Positions 48,135 to 61,199 are shown, counted from the first letter of the stretch. The stretch is 64,000 nt of DNA from Selaginella moellendorffii (GCF_000143415.4 NW_003314265.1:3840443-3904442), one strand, 5' to 3'. Notes: a model not told the origin generated them from the letters alone. Program-made: numbers and translations.

Positions 48135-49450
48135 TTATGCACCGCTATACTTTATCCCACGAATACTTTGACATCAAGAGGCTCTTGATTACATCCTTAC
48201 ACAAGATCTGAGTTCCATGAGGTACTGTGGGAGTGCACCTCTGCAGCTTTGCATACTGTGATAAAAGCTCAACCATATAGCTGTAGACGTGGTCCATTGT
48301 CAATTCCTGGGTTATAAAATCCTGCCCACGCCTGCCAATTGCTTCAGCCTAGAACACAATGGCATTGTCAAAACACAGTATCTCAAAAACTGTATTCTAG
48401 AACCTCAAGTGAATACCACTTGACTGCTTCACGTATCTCTTGACACATTGTATCTGGCTTTGAGCTTGAGTCAAGTTTGGTGTTAATCCCGCACTGAAAA
48501 ACTCTCTGTTCAACATGGTAGAGCCACATGCCATCCGGTATTTCAGGCTCGCTGACCATGCGGCCCCTTCCACGTAAATGTTAAATATGGACAACAAAGT
48601 CAACATGGACACAAAAGTCAACGTGGTACCATTTACCTGTCTTTGCATTGCTGTGACAGCCTTGAGTCTTGAAATCCATTTCTGGATTCATGTACCCAGT
48701 CCTAGCTAGAAACCTTACAGCTTTATCAATCAGGCTGAACTTAGCTTACCTGGTCAAGGATTTCCGTTTCCGGAGATTGGGCACTGAAGAAGATGCCTCC
48801 ACAGCTTTCGAGAGTTTCCCTTCCAAAATGCAGCCGGCTTTCTCTCGCTCCATTTCACCTCCCAAGAGCCAGGGACGATCGGCTGAGACTGTTCCTCCCA
48901 CGGAGGGATATCCACCTCCGGCCTGCAAAGCTCACCCTGATAACTAGATATGCATGTTATATCATGATTCTCACCATCCCCAGAATGAGAGGTCAGGAAA
49001 CGGTACGTCAAGTGTATCATTGGTTGTGCAATAGCTAAAAAATGGAGCTGGAGCTTGATCATCCTCATGATCCTGACCAAATTTTCTGGAAGGAGAGAAC
49101 GAGTGTCGCGTGATCACTGGGCGGTCTTCTCAGTTGAGCACAAAATCAACACCGGGGACCTTTCGAGGGAACCTTTCAAGCAACAGCAAAAGCCCCCACG
49201 GTATGAAGATGTTACCGCTTTGCGGGCACTCCCTGTATACCTCTATGTAGAGATTTCCTCCAGAAATCACAACCGGCATTGAGCCTTTCTTCCTCGCGGC
49301 GCTCAGGCTCGATTCCGTGATCCCGCCATTTTTCCATGGCCTCGATGCTGTTGAAGTATTTCCGACGCCATTCCAGCGAGCGGTTTTGGAAACCCTTGTT
49401 GTCTAAGTTAACCTCTGGATCCTGCTCGGTGGAAATCGAGCACTGCCAGA
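48135..49450 (-). pseudogene. GT90/CAP10 pseudogene (inverted paralog of 59199-60648)
   Basis: Colinear with copy 4 (RPEVDIPPWEEQSQ, FNIYVEGAAWSASLKYRMACGS) but with deletions, frameshifts and no clear start. Confidence 0.8.
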
Positions 49451-49611
49451 GCGTGATCAGACCTTTTCTTCATTCCTGCATCATACGTTGTCCTTTAAAA
49501 GTTCGTAGGGTTCTAATGGTTGAATTTATTAAATGGAATTATACGTATGTATACTCTCTCTTCTCAATTGTAAGAAAAACAAAGGGGGTGAAAAAATGGT
49601 CGATGGTTCTC

Positions 49612-51718
49612 TCACTTCTTGTCCCCGTTGCTGCTGCTGTTTGGGACGAAGACGAGCTTGACGAGAGAGTCCTTGATGTGCATGAGCTGCGGGAACTCCT
49701 TCTCCATCTTCTTGGTGTCGAGCTCGTTGTTGCTGCGCGGCGCCACGATCACCTTGGCCTGCTCCTCCAGCGTGAAGTTGGACCACTTGAATCCCTGGTC
49801 GATGTACTCGCGGTACATCTCCAGGATCTCGTTGTGCGACACCGTGCCCGGGTTCGTGAAGTTCCAGATGCCCGTGCAGTTGCGCCGGGCCATCTCGATG
49901 CTCAGCGGCAGCAGCTCGTCCAGCACCGTCATGCTGTTGGGGATGTCTACCACTTTCTCGTACCGCGTGATCTTGGTGATGAAGTTGCGCGGGTTGCTCA
50001 AGTCGGACGAGATGGGCATCCTCACGCGCAGCGTGCATACGTTGTCGTAGCATTTCAGGAGCTCCTCCACCTTTAAAAGTTTCAGGAAAAGGAAAAGCAG
50101 GGAAGAGATGAGCGCCTAACAAAAGGAATGGAATAAAGCCACGTACCATTGCTTTAGTCTTTGAGTAGAAGGAGCCCGTAAAGTTGGGCTTGTCATCCTC
50201 CAGGAACCCGATGCCGCTGTTGATGGGGTGGCTGTCATCGTACTCGAAAATGCAGCCCGTCGCAAAGTTCATGAGCAGCAATCCGTGCTGCTTGCACACG
50301 TCGGCCAGGGTCAGTGTGCCGACAACGTTGGCTCTGATAGTCTCCACCTTGTGGCTCTCGCACCAGTCCACATTAGGCCGACCCGTCACACCTGCTGCGT
50401 TGAAAATGTGTGTAGGCTTCACTGTCAAGATGTCCGCCTCGAGCTGCAACCGATTCTCGAGCCTGCCGGATCCATACTCGTACGGGATCCCTTCTCTCTC
50501 GCAGATCTTTCCCAGGAGTCCACCAATCCAGCCTGTCCGCCCGTATATCAGTAGCTTCATCGCCGGCTTGAGAGGCGAGACCTTTTGTGGAACAATCATC
50601 CCGATGTTCCCCACCACAGGTCCGGTAGACTCCTCGTCCTCGTGGGACAGCTTCTCCCCGGTCATGGTGAGCATCCTGGGATGCGGGACCAGCGCGCCAG
50701 AAACGTCACCCCACCAGTTCGGGTGACTCGTGTACCACTGCATCGTCTTGAGCAGCCCCTCGTCCCAGGTGGTCCTCTCGCGCCACCCGAGGTCCTTGAG
50801 CTTCTTGTCGTCCAGGAAGTAGCGCTGGTCATTGAAGGGCCGGTTGTCCACGAACTGGATGCACACCTCCGGGTCCAGCTTGAAGAGCTTGCAGATGTCC
50901 TTGGCAACGTCCAGCACCCGCCGCTCCTTCTTCGTCCCAATGTTGTATACGTGACCAACCTCTCCCTTGTGAAGCACCACCTCAAAGGCCTCGGCCACGT
51001 CCTCAGCATAGAGATAGCTGCGAACGTTGCTCCCGTCGCCGTGGATGGGAAGCGGCCGGCCTTGCATCGCCAGGAGGATGAACTTTGGAATGAGCTTCTC
51101 CGGGAACTGGTTGGGGCCATAGACGTTGTTCCCCCGTGTGGTGATGAAGGGGAGGCCGTAAGATCTGCCGTAAGCCATGACAAGCATCTCGGCTCCAGCC
51201 TTGGTCGCCGAGTAAGGATTCGTGGGCAGCAGCTGTGACGCCTCGTGGTTTCCCACAATGGCGTCGGCCTCGGTCTCGCCATACACCTCGTCCGTGCTCA
51301 CGTGAATGAAGCGGCGGATGGTGCCGGCAACCTTGCACGCTTCGAGCAGGACGTGAGTGCCGTAGATGTTGTTCTTAGTGAACTCGAGGCTGTTGCCGAA
51401 CGAGTTGTCGACGTGGGTCTGCGCCGCGAAGTGCATGATGGTGTCGATCCCCTCTGTGATCAGCAGGTAGTTCACGAGATCCGCGCTCGCGATGTCGCCC
51501 TTGACGAACTTGAAGTTGGCGCTCTCCTTGGACTGGTAAAGGTTCTTGAGGTTGGAGCAGTAGTCAAGCTTGTCCAGAACCACAATCTTGTAGCCCGGGT
51601 AGCTCCGGACCAGCCTGTTGGCGACGTGAGAAGCGATGAAGCCCGCGGCGCCGGTGATGAGGATGTTGCGCGGCGTGTAGTGGGAGTCGCCATTGCACCG
51701 ATCCGCGCCGGCCGTCAT
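49612..51718 (-). CDS. RHM: Trifunctional UDP-L-rhamnose synthase
   Basis: NILITGAAGFIASH, YSATK dehydratase domain, LIYGRTGWIGG epimerase/reductase domain, one intron ~50071-50146, APRSNNELD near the end. Confidence 0.96.
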
Positions 51719-52300
51719 GGCTGTGGGGAGATCTGGACGAAATATCAGATTTTCTCAGCTCCAGGCATGAAATTTCGACAAAGCAGCGACGAGGAAGAGA
51801 CGAGCTGGCTGCCAGCGGTCAGGAAAGAGCGCAGAGGGAGAGAGATTCAAGCAATCAGAAGATATTTCGAGAGAGAGAGAGCACACAAATCCACCACGAT
51901 AACCTGGAGATCGGAAAGAGAAAAGGGAGATTACGTACCTAAGCTGAGGACCAGCGATCGATCGATCGGGAGGCGGGAGCTGCGCCTTGATCTGGAGCTC
52001 GCGTAAGAGATCACGCCAATGCCGTCCACAATGCGATCGCCATAGCCGGAGTGAGAGAGAGGAGACCGAGAACAAATTAGGGCGGGTAAGAGCTTATGTG
52101 AAGTCCGACGACGTTATAGCCGAGCGACGCATATTCCTTTCTTGGCATGCACAGAGCTAGAAAATGTGTCGACGGAATCTTCCGTTTCCAGATAGACGGC
52201 GAGATCTGCCGTTCAAAGATAACTGCCCGCCAAAGACCCGGGTTCGAAAACTGGGAGAAACGCTTTCTTGTCCCTTTGTCTCTCTTTTTTCTCCTCTTCT

Positions 52301-52949
52301 TCATCCTGGCAAGAGCGCCACGGCAGTTCCATCCACCACGATCGCGTCTGGCGTAGTACATTTGAAGCAAGATGTCGCGAAAGTCACCCTGGAAGATCGT
52401 GAAATCACGCGGATTCGATGGATCTAAGACTTTGTCGGTTGGAGCATCTTACTTGTAGTGTCGCTTGATCCTCACGCAATCCAGGACAGTGACTTGCGCC
52501 ACAAGATCGTCTCCTGCGAATGCCGGCTGCTGGAACTTGAGCGTCTGGGAGACGTAGATCGCGCCTGGCTGGATTCACACAGAGTTCAAGGAGAATTCCA
52601 GAGATTCGAGAGAAATCCTTACGAAATTGGAGCCGATGATCGCTGGGAAGAGCCCCGCGGTGAGCATCCCATGGACGACGCAGCCGCCAGCGAAGCCGGC
52701 GGCCTGGGCGGACGATCGCTGCGTGTGGATGGGATTGCTATCGCCAGAGAGGCCGGAATATTGCGCTAGATCATCCTGGCTAAACGCGCGAGTGGCAGTA
52801 AACCTGGCCCCAGATTTGAGGGTTTCTCTGTCCGCGCTTATCGCGTCCTCCGGGCCGGCATTGCCAGTGGCGAGGCGGCGCGCGCGGTGGAGGAGGCGAT
52901 GATTCTCCTGGCAAGAATTCGTCCTCCTCCACGCTTGCTTCAGCAGCAT
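52301..52949 (-). CDS. MaoC-like (hot-dog) dehydratase, likely mitochondrial 3-hydroxyacyl-ACP dehydratase
   Basis: YSGLSGDSNPIH..VVHGML motif, PGAIYVSQTLKF, VVDGTAVALLPG*; Arg-rich presequence. Confidence 0.85.
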
Positions 52950-55415
52950 CGAAGAAATCTCTCGGCAAAAGCCCTAGCCAACGCAAACTTAGGGTTTAAG
53001 CGGGATGTAGATTTGGTCGAGCAGCAAGCGCTCGTCAATCGGCAGGGCGATCTCGTCCGGGCGCTCAAGGCGAGGAAGGCGCCAAAAGAGGAGATCGATG
53101 CCGCCGTCACGCTGCTCAAGGATCTCAAATTCAAGCTCCAGGAATTCGAGGCCGCGTCACCGAAAGAGGAAGCGAGCCAGGATGAGTCGAGCGGCACCTC
53201 CTCCCAGGCAAGTGGCAAGAGATTTCGCGAGGCTGTCACGAATGCGCTGGAGAGGAGGATGTTTTTCACGAATTCTTTCGGGATTTACGGTGGTGTTGCC
53301 GGATTGTTCGACTACGGTCCTCCCGGCTGCGCTGTGAAGGCCAACGTTTTGAGCTTCTGGCGCCAGGTATGTTCTTCCAGAAGGAAAAATCTTTTTTTCT
53401 CACATTCTTGGTTTTTTTCTTCTTGTTTCTCAGCATTTCGTCGTGAACGATGATCTTCTTGAAGTAGACTGCCCCTGCCTGACCCCTGAGGCTGTTCTAC
53501 GGGCCTCTGGCCACGTTGAGAAGTTTACGGACTTGATGGTCAGGGACGTCAAGGAGGGGCACTGCTTTAGAGCCGATCATGTCCTCAAGGATTTCGTCAA
53601 GGATGCTCTGGAAAAGGATCCTCGCATGCCAGCGGCGAAGCGGGACGACTATACGCGAACTCTCGCGTCTCTGGACGACTTTAGTGTCGAGGAGCTTGGT
53701 GCGAAGATTAAAGAGTATGGCATCCGGGCTCCAGACACAAAGAATGACTTGTCCGATCCGTTTCCTTTCAACTTAATGTTTGGTACACCGATTGGTCCCA
53801 CTGGACTTCTTCAAGGGTAAGCGTTTCGCTTTTCTTCTTGCTTCCTTTTTTAATGAACTTAGATTATTCTTCCTATTCCAGGTACTTGAGGCCGGAGACT
53901 GCTCAGGGAATTTTCGTCAACTTCAACGAGCTTTTGTATTATAATGGTGGCAAGCTTCCTTTTGGCGCAGCTCAAATTGGCCAGGCATTTCGAAATGAGG
54001 TACGGAACTTTTAGCTTTACGTGTGAGCTGAGGCATGATACTGTAGATTGCTCCTCGGCAAGGCTTGCTACGGGTTCGCGAGTTCACTCTCGCAGAGATA
54101 GAGTTTTTCGTGGATCCCGCGGACAAGTCACATCCAAAGTTCGCAAGCGTTGCAGACCTTGAGTTTTTCCTCTATCCAAGAGCAGAGCAAATGAGCTTGA
54201 AGGATCCAGTCAAGGTGCGCCTCGGGCACGCCGTGGCACAGAAAGTTATCAACAATGAGACGCTGGGCTACTACATTGGACGAACATACTTGTTCTTGAC
54301 TGCTCTGGGCATCAACAAGAACCGGCTTCGGTTTAGGCAGCACCTTGCCAACGAGATGGCGCACTATGCCGCGGATTGCTGGGACGCTGAGATTGAGTGC
54401 TCTTACGGATGGATAGAATGTGTCGGTCTTGCGGATAGATCTGCTTACGACTTGAAAGCGCACTCGGTAAGCTGTTCTCCCTTTTATTCCTCTTAGTTGT
54501 CGTCTTTATTTCTTTCTGTGTCTGTGCAGACAGCTAGCAAAAGCAACCTCGTGGCTTCACGGGATTTACCCGAGCCTGTTGTCGTAGAGGTACGACTGAT
54601 AGAGGAAACTGAGTGTATCAACTTCACATGTTTGTTTCCAGGAGTTTGCCGCTGTTCCAAACAGGAAGGAGATTGGTGTTGCTTTCAAGGCAAACCAGAA
54701 GCTGGTGCTGGAAGCATTACAGGTATACTATTGTTTAAGTTTTCTTTACTTGAGCTGGCCATTCCTCTAGGAACTTAACAATGAAGAGGCTCTGGAGATG
54801 CAAAAGAAATTGGAATCCGATGGCGAGGCACCACTTCACATTTGCAATGCCGACAAGACGTTCACCATCAAGAAAGGGATGGTTACTTTTAACAAACAGG
54901 TGACGAAGAAGAGCAAAGAGAAGTTCACGCCGTCTGTGATCGAGCCTTCCTTCGGCATTGGCCGCATCATCTACTGCCTCTTCGAGCACTGCTTCGACAC
55001 GCGTGGCGGAGTCGACGGCCAGCTCAACGTCTTCCGTTTCCCTCCGCTGGTCGCCCCCGTCAAGTGCACGGTCTTTCCGCTGGTGCAAAACCCGAAGCTC
55101 GACGGGATCGCTCGGGCCATCTCTGCAAAGCTCAGAGAAGCGGGGATCGGAAACAAGATCGACACCACCGGCAGGTCCATTGGCAGAAGATATGCTAGAA
55201 CGGACGAGATCGGCGTCCCGTTTGCGATCACAGTGGACTCCGAGGATGGGGTGACGGTGAGGGACAGGGACTCCAAGGATCAGATACGAGTTCCACTCGA
55301 GGAAGTCGTTGATCTCATCGCGGACATGTCGGCTGGAAAAAGGAGCTGGAAAGAAGTCCAGGGAGTTTATCCGGCTCACGTGGCCGCCAAGGCCTCGGAT
55401 GAAACCGACGAGTAA
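52899..55415 (+). CDS. Glycyl-tRNA synthetase (eukaryotic alpha2 type) with WHEP domain
   Basis: [88 protein letters not shown]. Confidence 0.95.
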
Positions 55416-55689
55416 AAAGAATTAAAGAGAGCGTGAATGCAATGCCACAGAAGGTCGATCTTCCGATGCTTAGAAAGATCCGCAATTGTTTATAGATGAT
55501 CCTGAGGATGGAAGCGCTCCTACAAAAAGTTCCCCGGGCTGTATGTGGACTCGAGGGACTCGTTCCAAGGATGAGTTTTCATGCAAGCCATGCTCTTCCT
55601 CAAACATCTTCAAAGTGATGTTTTCTTTTTCTACTCTTTGGGACTTGGATCAACACCCGACCTCCAAGCTGTGACTTTGAGTTGGGGCG

Positions 55690-55812
55690 GAGCGCAGCAA
55701 CAACGAGCTCGACACCTGGAGGAGGAGTTCCCGCAGCTCATGTATATCAAGGTCAAGCTCGTCTTCGTCTGCAGCGTGAAAAATAACATTTCACCCCTTT
55801 TTTCTACAATTG
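55690..55812 (+). pseudogene. Inverted fragment of the RHM 3' end
   Basis: CGCAGCAACAACGAGCTCGACACC..GGAGTTCCCGCAGCTCATG..CAAGCTCGTCTTCGTC..TTTCACCCC..CAATTGAGAA matches the reverse complement of ~49560-49740. Confidence 0.85.
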
Positions 55813-55831
55813 AGAATGTCTTCCATTTTCA

Positions 55832-57304
55832 TTAAGTCAGCCTACATGGTTCAGAGTCTTTGACTCTTTCCAGATGTTTGCTAGAATAGTCTGCAACGTA
55901 TTGGATTGCTCTTTTACAGAAAAGCTGACCTCCCTTGGGTATTTTTGGCGTGTATTTCTGCAGTTTCGAATACTCCAGTAGAAGGTGAAACATGTAGTTG
56001 TATACTTGATCTATGTTTACTTGCTCCCGTATGAAATCCTGTCCAGTTCTCCCAATATTCTGGGCCTGGAAAAATCCCGAATGAAGGCAATGCCAAAAGC
56101 TTCTCATGTTGAGATACCTGCTGGGCATGGGAGTTTCCCCACCCTACCGCATTTTTTAGAGATTGGCACATGTCCTCCTCCTTTGAAGATATTGGCAGAA
56201 AGTGGATGTTTGGGAGCAAACCTTTGGTGAAGAACTCATCGTACTCTGAGTCCAAGTAGAGCAAAGTGGAGCCACAAGCCATTTTATACTTGAGACTCGC
56301 CGACCATGCTGCTCCCTCGGCGTAGATGTTGTACCTGGACATGGAAAGAGCATTACAAGAGCTTTCAAATGTAGCGAACTATAATTCTACCTTTGATTGC
56401 ACTGTTTGCATAAGTTGGAATTTTCGTATCCAATGTTGGCTTCATCAATCCAATTCTACAAGGCAGTATTGGACACCGTAAGTAAGAAAATAAGAAAATG
56501 CTTACTTGATCCAGGACAAGCGTGCCAAATTTGGTGGAGTTGCACCGAGCTAAAAGGGTTCTTAACTTCCCCATTCTTAAATTACCTTTCCAAAATGCAA
56601 AAGGTTGCCTATTACTCCATTCAACGTCTTGGGATCCCTGAAATATTTCCTGCGATTCTTCCTCCCACGGACGAATGTTTACCTCCGGCCTAAACAAACA
56701 CACTTAAAAGGAGAAAAGAAAATTAAAAAATGCATGGTTACCATCCCCAGAAAGAATAATCGGGAAAAGGGATGTCCAAGCTCAAGCGATGGCTGCAATA
56801 GCTGAGAACAGGGGCAGGAACTTCGGATCCATCCCTGGGCACGATGGGCCGATCCTTACAATTCAGGACAAACTCCACGTCCGGGACGCGATCGCCAAAT
56901 CTTTCCAGCATCAAGAGCAAGCCCCATAGCGAGAAGGCGCGGCGGCTCTGCGGGCAATCGCCGTACGCACTAACGTACATGTCGCTGCGGAGGATGGCGA
57001 CGCGCATTGACCCCAGGCGATCCAGGCTCCGCCTCGTGATCCCTGTCGATCGCCATGGGGCCAGGTGCTCGTGAATCCGCGCGAAATATCGTGGGCACAA
57101 TGCGACGCCGGCGCTGCTGTTGCGCGATCCTGGAGGCCGCCCGCGATCGCTGGGACCATCGCCGGCGGAGCAATGGAGCGCCGCGGATTTGTGGAGCAAG
57201 CGCGCGGACCTCGAGTAGAAGAGGAGATCTTGGAGCTCGCTGACGCTGGAGAGGAGGAAAATCGCGAAGAGGAGGAGGAGTGAGGATGAGCGCACAATCG
57301 TCAT
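55832..57304 (-). CDS. CAP10/GT90 glycosyltransferase, copy 3 (close paralog of copy 1)
   Basis: Same exon structure as and near-identical peptide blocks to 20207-21957. Confidence 0.88.
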
Positions 57305-57414
57305 TGTAGATTGAGTGACGAGAGGGCCTGAGAAAGAAGAAAACTCGAACGGAGCCATACATAGGACAGACAGCATGAACTGTGAGTGTACGGTGGACTT
57401 CTGGAAGACCTTAG

Positions 57415-58014
57415 TTAAGAGTTTACTATGTTTCGCTTCCATACTTGATTTTGCATATATTTTTCAGGCGCTATCGGGAAAATAATAACCTCGTTACCAT
57501 CAACCAGATGATCCTTGTGGTGAGGACGAAAGGCATCCAGCACCATGCCTTGCTGAGAATATGGTTCGATTGTCCTCCACAGCTGTGAGCCTTGGAATGG
57601 CTGATCCACCCACAATGCTGCAGCCAGCTCGTTTTTTTCCTGATAAACCTGGAAAAAAAAAAGAAAAAAAAGACAATGTTCAGAGAGATTTGGGAGCAAA
57701 TTGAAATAAAGAGCCACCTCATCCATGGCTACGTCCGTGTGAAATAGCGCCAATCCAGTTGCACGGTTTATAAGGGAGTAAGCACCAGGGAATCTGTCAT
57801 CGTAAGTGGCATTCCATTGCTGGCCGTCATCCGGACGCAGGCGAACGGTATGTCCATTCGGAAAAGCGGTCACTCGGAAAGTCGTGGACGCAACACATTC
57901 AAGAGAAAACCAAGTATCGTCGCCGTTTCCAAGAACACAACCAAAGATGAGCGCAATGAGCAAAATCCTGCACAAAATAGCTAAAAAGCTAGATCGAAAG
58001 TCCAAAAGCTACAT
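57415..58014 (-). CDS. Euonymus (EUL, ricin-B-like) lectin with signal peptide; possibly pseudogenised
   Basis: YSLINRATGLALFH, LW, VLDAF..H..LVDG..NQVW EUL-like motifs; 69-bp intron 57649-57717; the only in-frame upstream ATG is followed by TAG. Confidence 0.7.
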
Positions 58015-58244
58015 CACTTGCTGTGTCGCAGCATCTTTCCAAGGACTTCCGCCACAGCCCCGGCCACGAATTTCTACCGCCCCATAGCGTCAGTGAGGAA
58101 GCTTTATTTCCTTGGACAGGACATAGCACCACAATTTGAGTAGAATAAATTGGAATTGGATGATCCCCGCGCGGTATAAGCATGCACGCAGCCGGTGAAC
58201 TGCGGCATAGAATATTAAACGAGCGAGTAGATAAACCGGCAATG

Positions 58245-58860
58245 CGAAGGTTTAAGCGGGATGTAGGCTAGATTTGGTCGAGCAACAAGCTCTCGTCAAT
58301 CCGCAGGGCAGGAGGAGGGGGCCGAAGGACGAGATCGATCACAAGTTCAAGCTCCAGTAGGTCGAGGCCGCGTCAGGAAGACCAGGATCGTCTCATTCTG
58401 GCATTACCTTTTTTTAGTTCCTTCACCTGAGCTGGCCATTCGTCATAGTTCTGGAGATGCAAACGAGGTTGGTGAGGCAAATTCACATTTGCAATGCTGA
58501 CAAGCATTGGCCACATCATTTACTGCCTCTTCGAGAACTGCTTCAACACGCGCGGTGGAGTCGACAGGCAGCTTAACGTCTTCCGCTTTCCTCTGCTGGT
58601 CGCTCATGGTCTTCCGAAACCTGAAGATCGACGAGATCGCTTCGAGCTCTCAGGGAAGCGGTGCTCGCAGACAAGATCGACACCCTAGAACGGACGTCCC
58701 GTTTGCGATCACAGTGGACTCCGAGGATGGGGTGACGGATTTCCGAGGAAGTCGTTAATCTCATCGCGGGCTTGGCGGCTCAGGAAGTTAATCCAGCTCA
58801 CGCCGCCAAGGGGCCGACGGCTAACGAGAAGAAAAGAGAGCTTGAATGCAATGTAAACCA
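58245..58860 (+). pseudogene. Deleted mosaic copy of the glycyl-tRNA synthetase gene
   Basis: Patches match ~52993-53160, ~54740-54860 (including intron sequence) and ~54955-55440, with frameshifts. Confidence 0.88.
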
Positions 58861-59198
58861 TCCACTGTATTGTATGATGAGAAGATTCCGCGATTACCTT
58901 CAATCACGTTTGCTAGTTGCTGCCATGACTCGACGATCTTCCCGCTATGGCCAACAAAGAGACCAAGTCCCGGCCTGGGCCAAGAGCACTCCCTCACATC
59001 CTCCATCACTCCCCCATCCAGGAGGAGCCATGGCACTCTGGGCTTACCTTGACGTCCACTGGAACGAGACGAGGCTAAGCTTTGACCACACGGCCAGACA
59101 AGGAGCAATCCCTCGTTTTAATCATAGATATTGGGTGAAGTCGGCGCAGCTCTTCTCTTATTGGAAGTCACAAAGGGTTTTAGACAATTTGAGCAGGG

Positions 59199-60648
59199 AT
59201 GAAGAAAAGGTATCTTGTCACGGGGCTGGGTTTCTTGACAGCGCTCGTTCTGATAAATTGGAAAGTTTCAGAGGAGTCTGCGTTAGTGAGGTCTGCTCGG
59301 CTTCATTGCTCGCAGGAACCCGAACCTAGGGTTGACAACCATAACCAGGGTTTTCAAAACCATTCTCGTCCAAAATATTTTGACAGTATTGACACGGACT
59401 TGCGGCCATGGAAAGATGGCGGGATCACGAAATCGAGCTTGAGTGCCGCAAGGAGGAAAGGCTCAATGCGGATGGTGATTTCTCAAGGAAAGCTCTATAT
59501 AGAGGTGTACGGAAAGTGCCCACAAAGCCGCAGCATCTTCACAGCATGGGGACTTTTACTGTTGCTAGAAAGGTTTCCTGGAAAGGTCCCTGACGTTGAT
59601 TTTGTGCTCAACTGCAAAGACCGCCCAGTGATAACGCGCTTCCTTTCATTCCAGAGATTTGTGTCAGGTAGTCGTATCAACGAAATCATATATTTTCTAA
59701 AGTTTCTTTGAATCAGGAGGATGAAGCTCCAGCAGTATTCAGCTATTGCACAACTAATGATATGCTCGACATACCGTTTCCTGACTTCTCATTCTGGGGA
59801 TGGTAAGAATCATGGTTACAGGAATATTTAGCTATTGTGTGCAGGCCAGAGGTGGATATCCCTCCGTGGGAGGAACAATCTCAGCAGATCACCGCTGGCT
59901 CTCGGGAGGTGAAATGGAGCGAGAGAAGGCCGGCTGCATTTTGGAAGGGAAACTCTCGGATGGGAAAGCTGCGGAGGCATCTTCTTCAGTGCCAATCTCT
60001 GGAAACGGAAATCCTTGACCAGGTAAGCTAAGTTCAACCTTATGGATAAAGCTGTAAGGTTCCTTGCCAGGATTGGATATCTGAATCGAGAGCTGGATTC
60101 CCAAATTCAAGGTTGTCACAACAATGCAAAGATAGGTAAATGGCAGGAAATATTACCTTACGTTGACTTTAGTCTTTTCCAGGTTTAATATTTACGTGGA
60201 AGGGGCCGCATGGTCAGCGAGCCTGAAATACCGGATGGCATGCGGTTCCACCATGTTGAACGTAGAATCCAAGTACAGAGAATTTTTCAGTGCTGGACTA
60301 ATACCAAACTTGACTCATCTGGCCATAAGCGCAAACCCAGATACGATGTGTCAAGAGATACAAGCGGCAGTCAAGTGGGGAAACTCTCATCCACTTGAGG
60401 TAGAAAAATCCACACTTGTTTTCAATTTATGTTGACAAATGTTGTTGTTCTAGGCTGAAGCGATAGGCAGGCATGGGCAGGACTTTATAACCAAGGAGTT
60501 GACAATGGACCACGTCTACAGATATATGCTTGAGCTTATATCACAGTATGCAAAGCTGCAGAGGTTCACTCCCACAATACCTCATGGAGCTCAGATCTTG
60601 TGTAAAGATGCAATCAAGCACTTGACTCATACTGCAACTAATTTTTAG
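59199..60648 (+). CDS. CAP10/GT90 glycosyltransferase, copy 4 (possible frameshift at first intron)
   Basis: MKKRYL-TM, VPDVDFVLNCKDRP, DIPFPDFSFWGW, AAFWKGN, FNIYVEGAAWSASLKYRMACGS. Confidence 0.8.
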
Positions 60649-61199
60649 TTGAAGTTGACTATAAGATTTTAAAAAGAAATTAATAAGATTTTATAAGTTA
60701 GATGCACTTTTATTGGTTTGTACTCTTCATTTATCTTTCTATAATTTTCATTTAACTGTTTAAAGAAAATTTACTTAGAAGAAAATTTAAAGCACAATAT
60801 ATAAAAAAACTCTTTAATTTATTTTTTATTACATAAATATGGGAAGATAATATAAATTTATCTGCAGCTAATTTTCACAAAAATATATTATGTTAAATTT
60901 AACAATTTCTTTTTGTGAGGTCAAATGTATAACTACGATGTTGTATATTAATATTAGTGTAGTGGGATTTTGGTAGCCATCAAATTAGTTTTAATCCAAA
61001 TCACTCACTTCTATATATAAACTAGAGTTTTTGGGCTAATTAATATGCATATCTCTTTCTATATTCCATGCACTCATATTTCATTCCCTTCTCTCATAAT
61101 AATGGAAGATTGTCAAGGTTTTCTTGTGAATGGGCTAGGATTTGGAAGAACATCAAGAAGAAGCATTAATGGATCTATAGGTAATGTTAATTGTTCATG

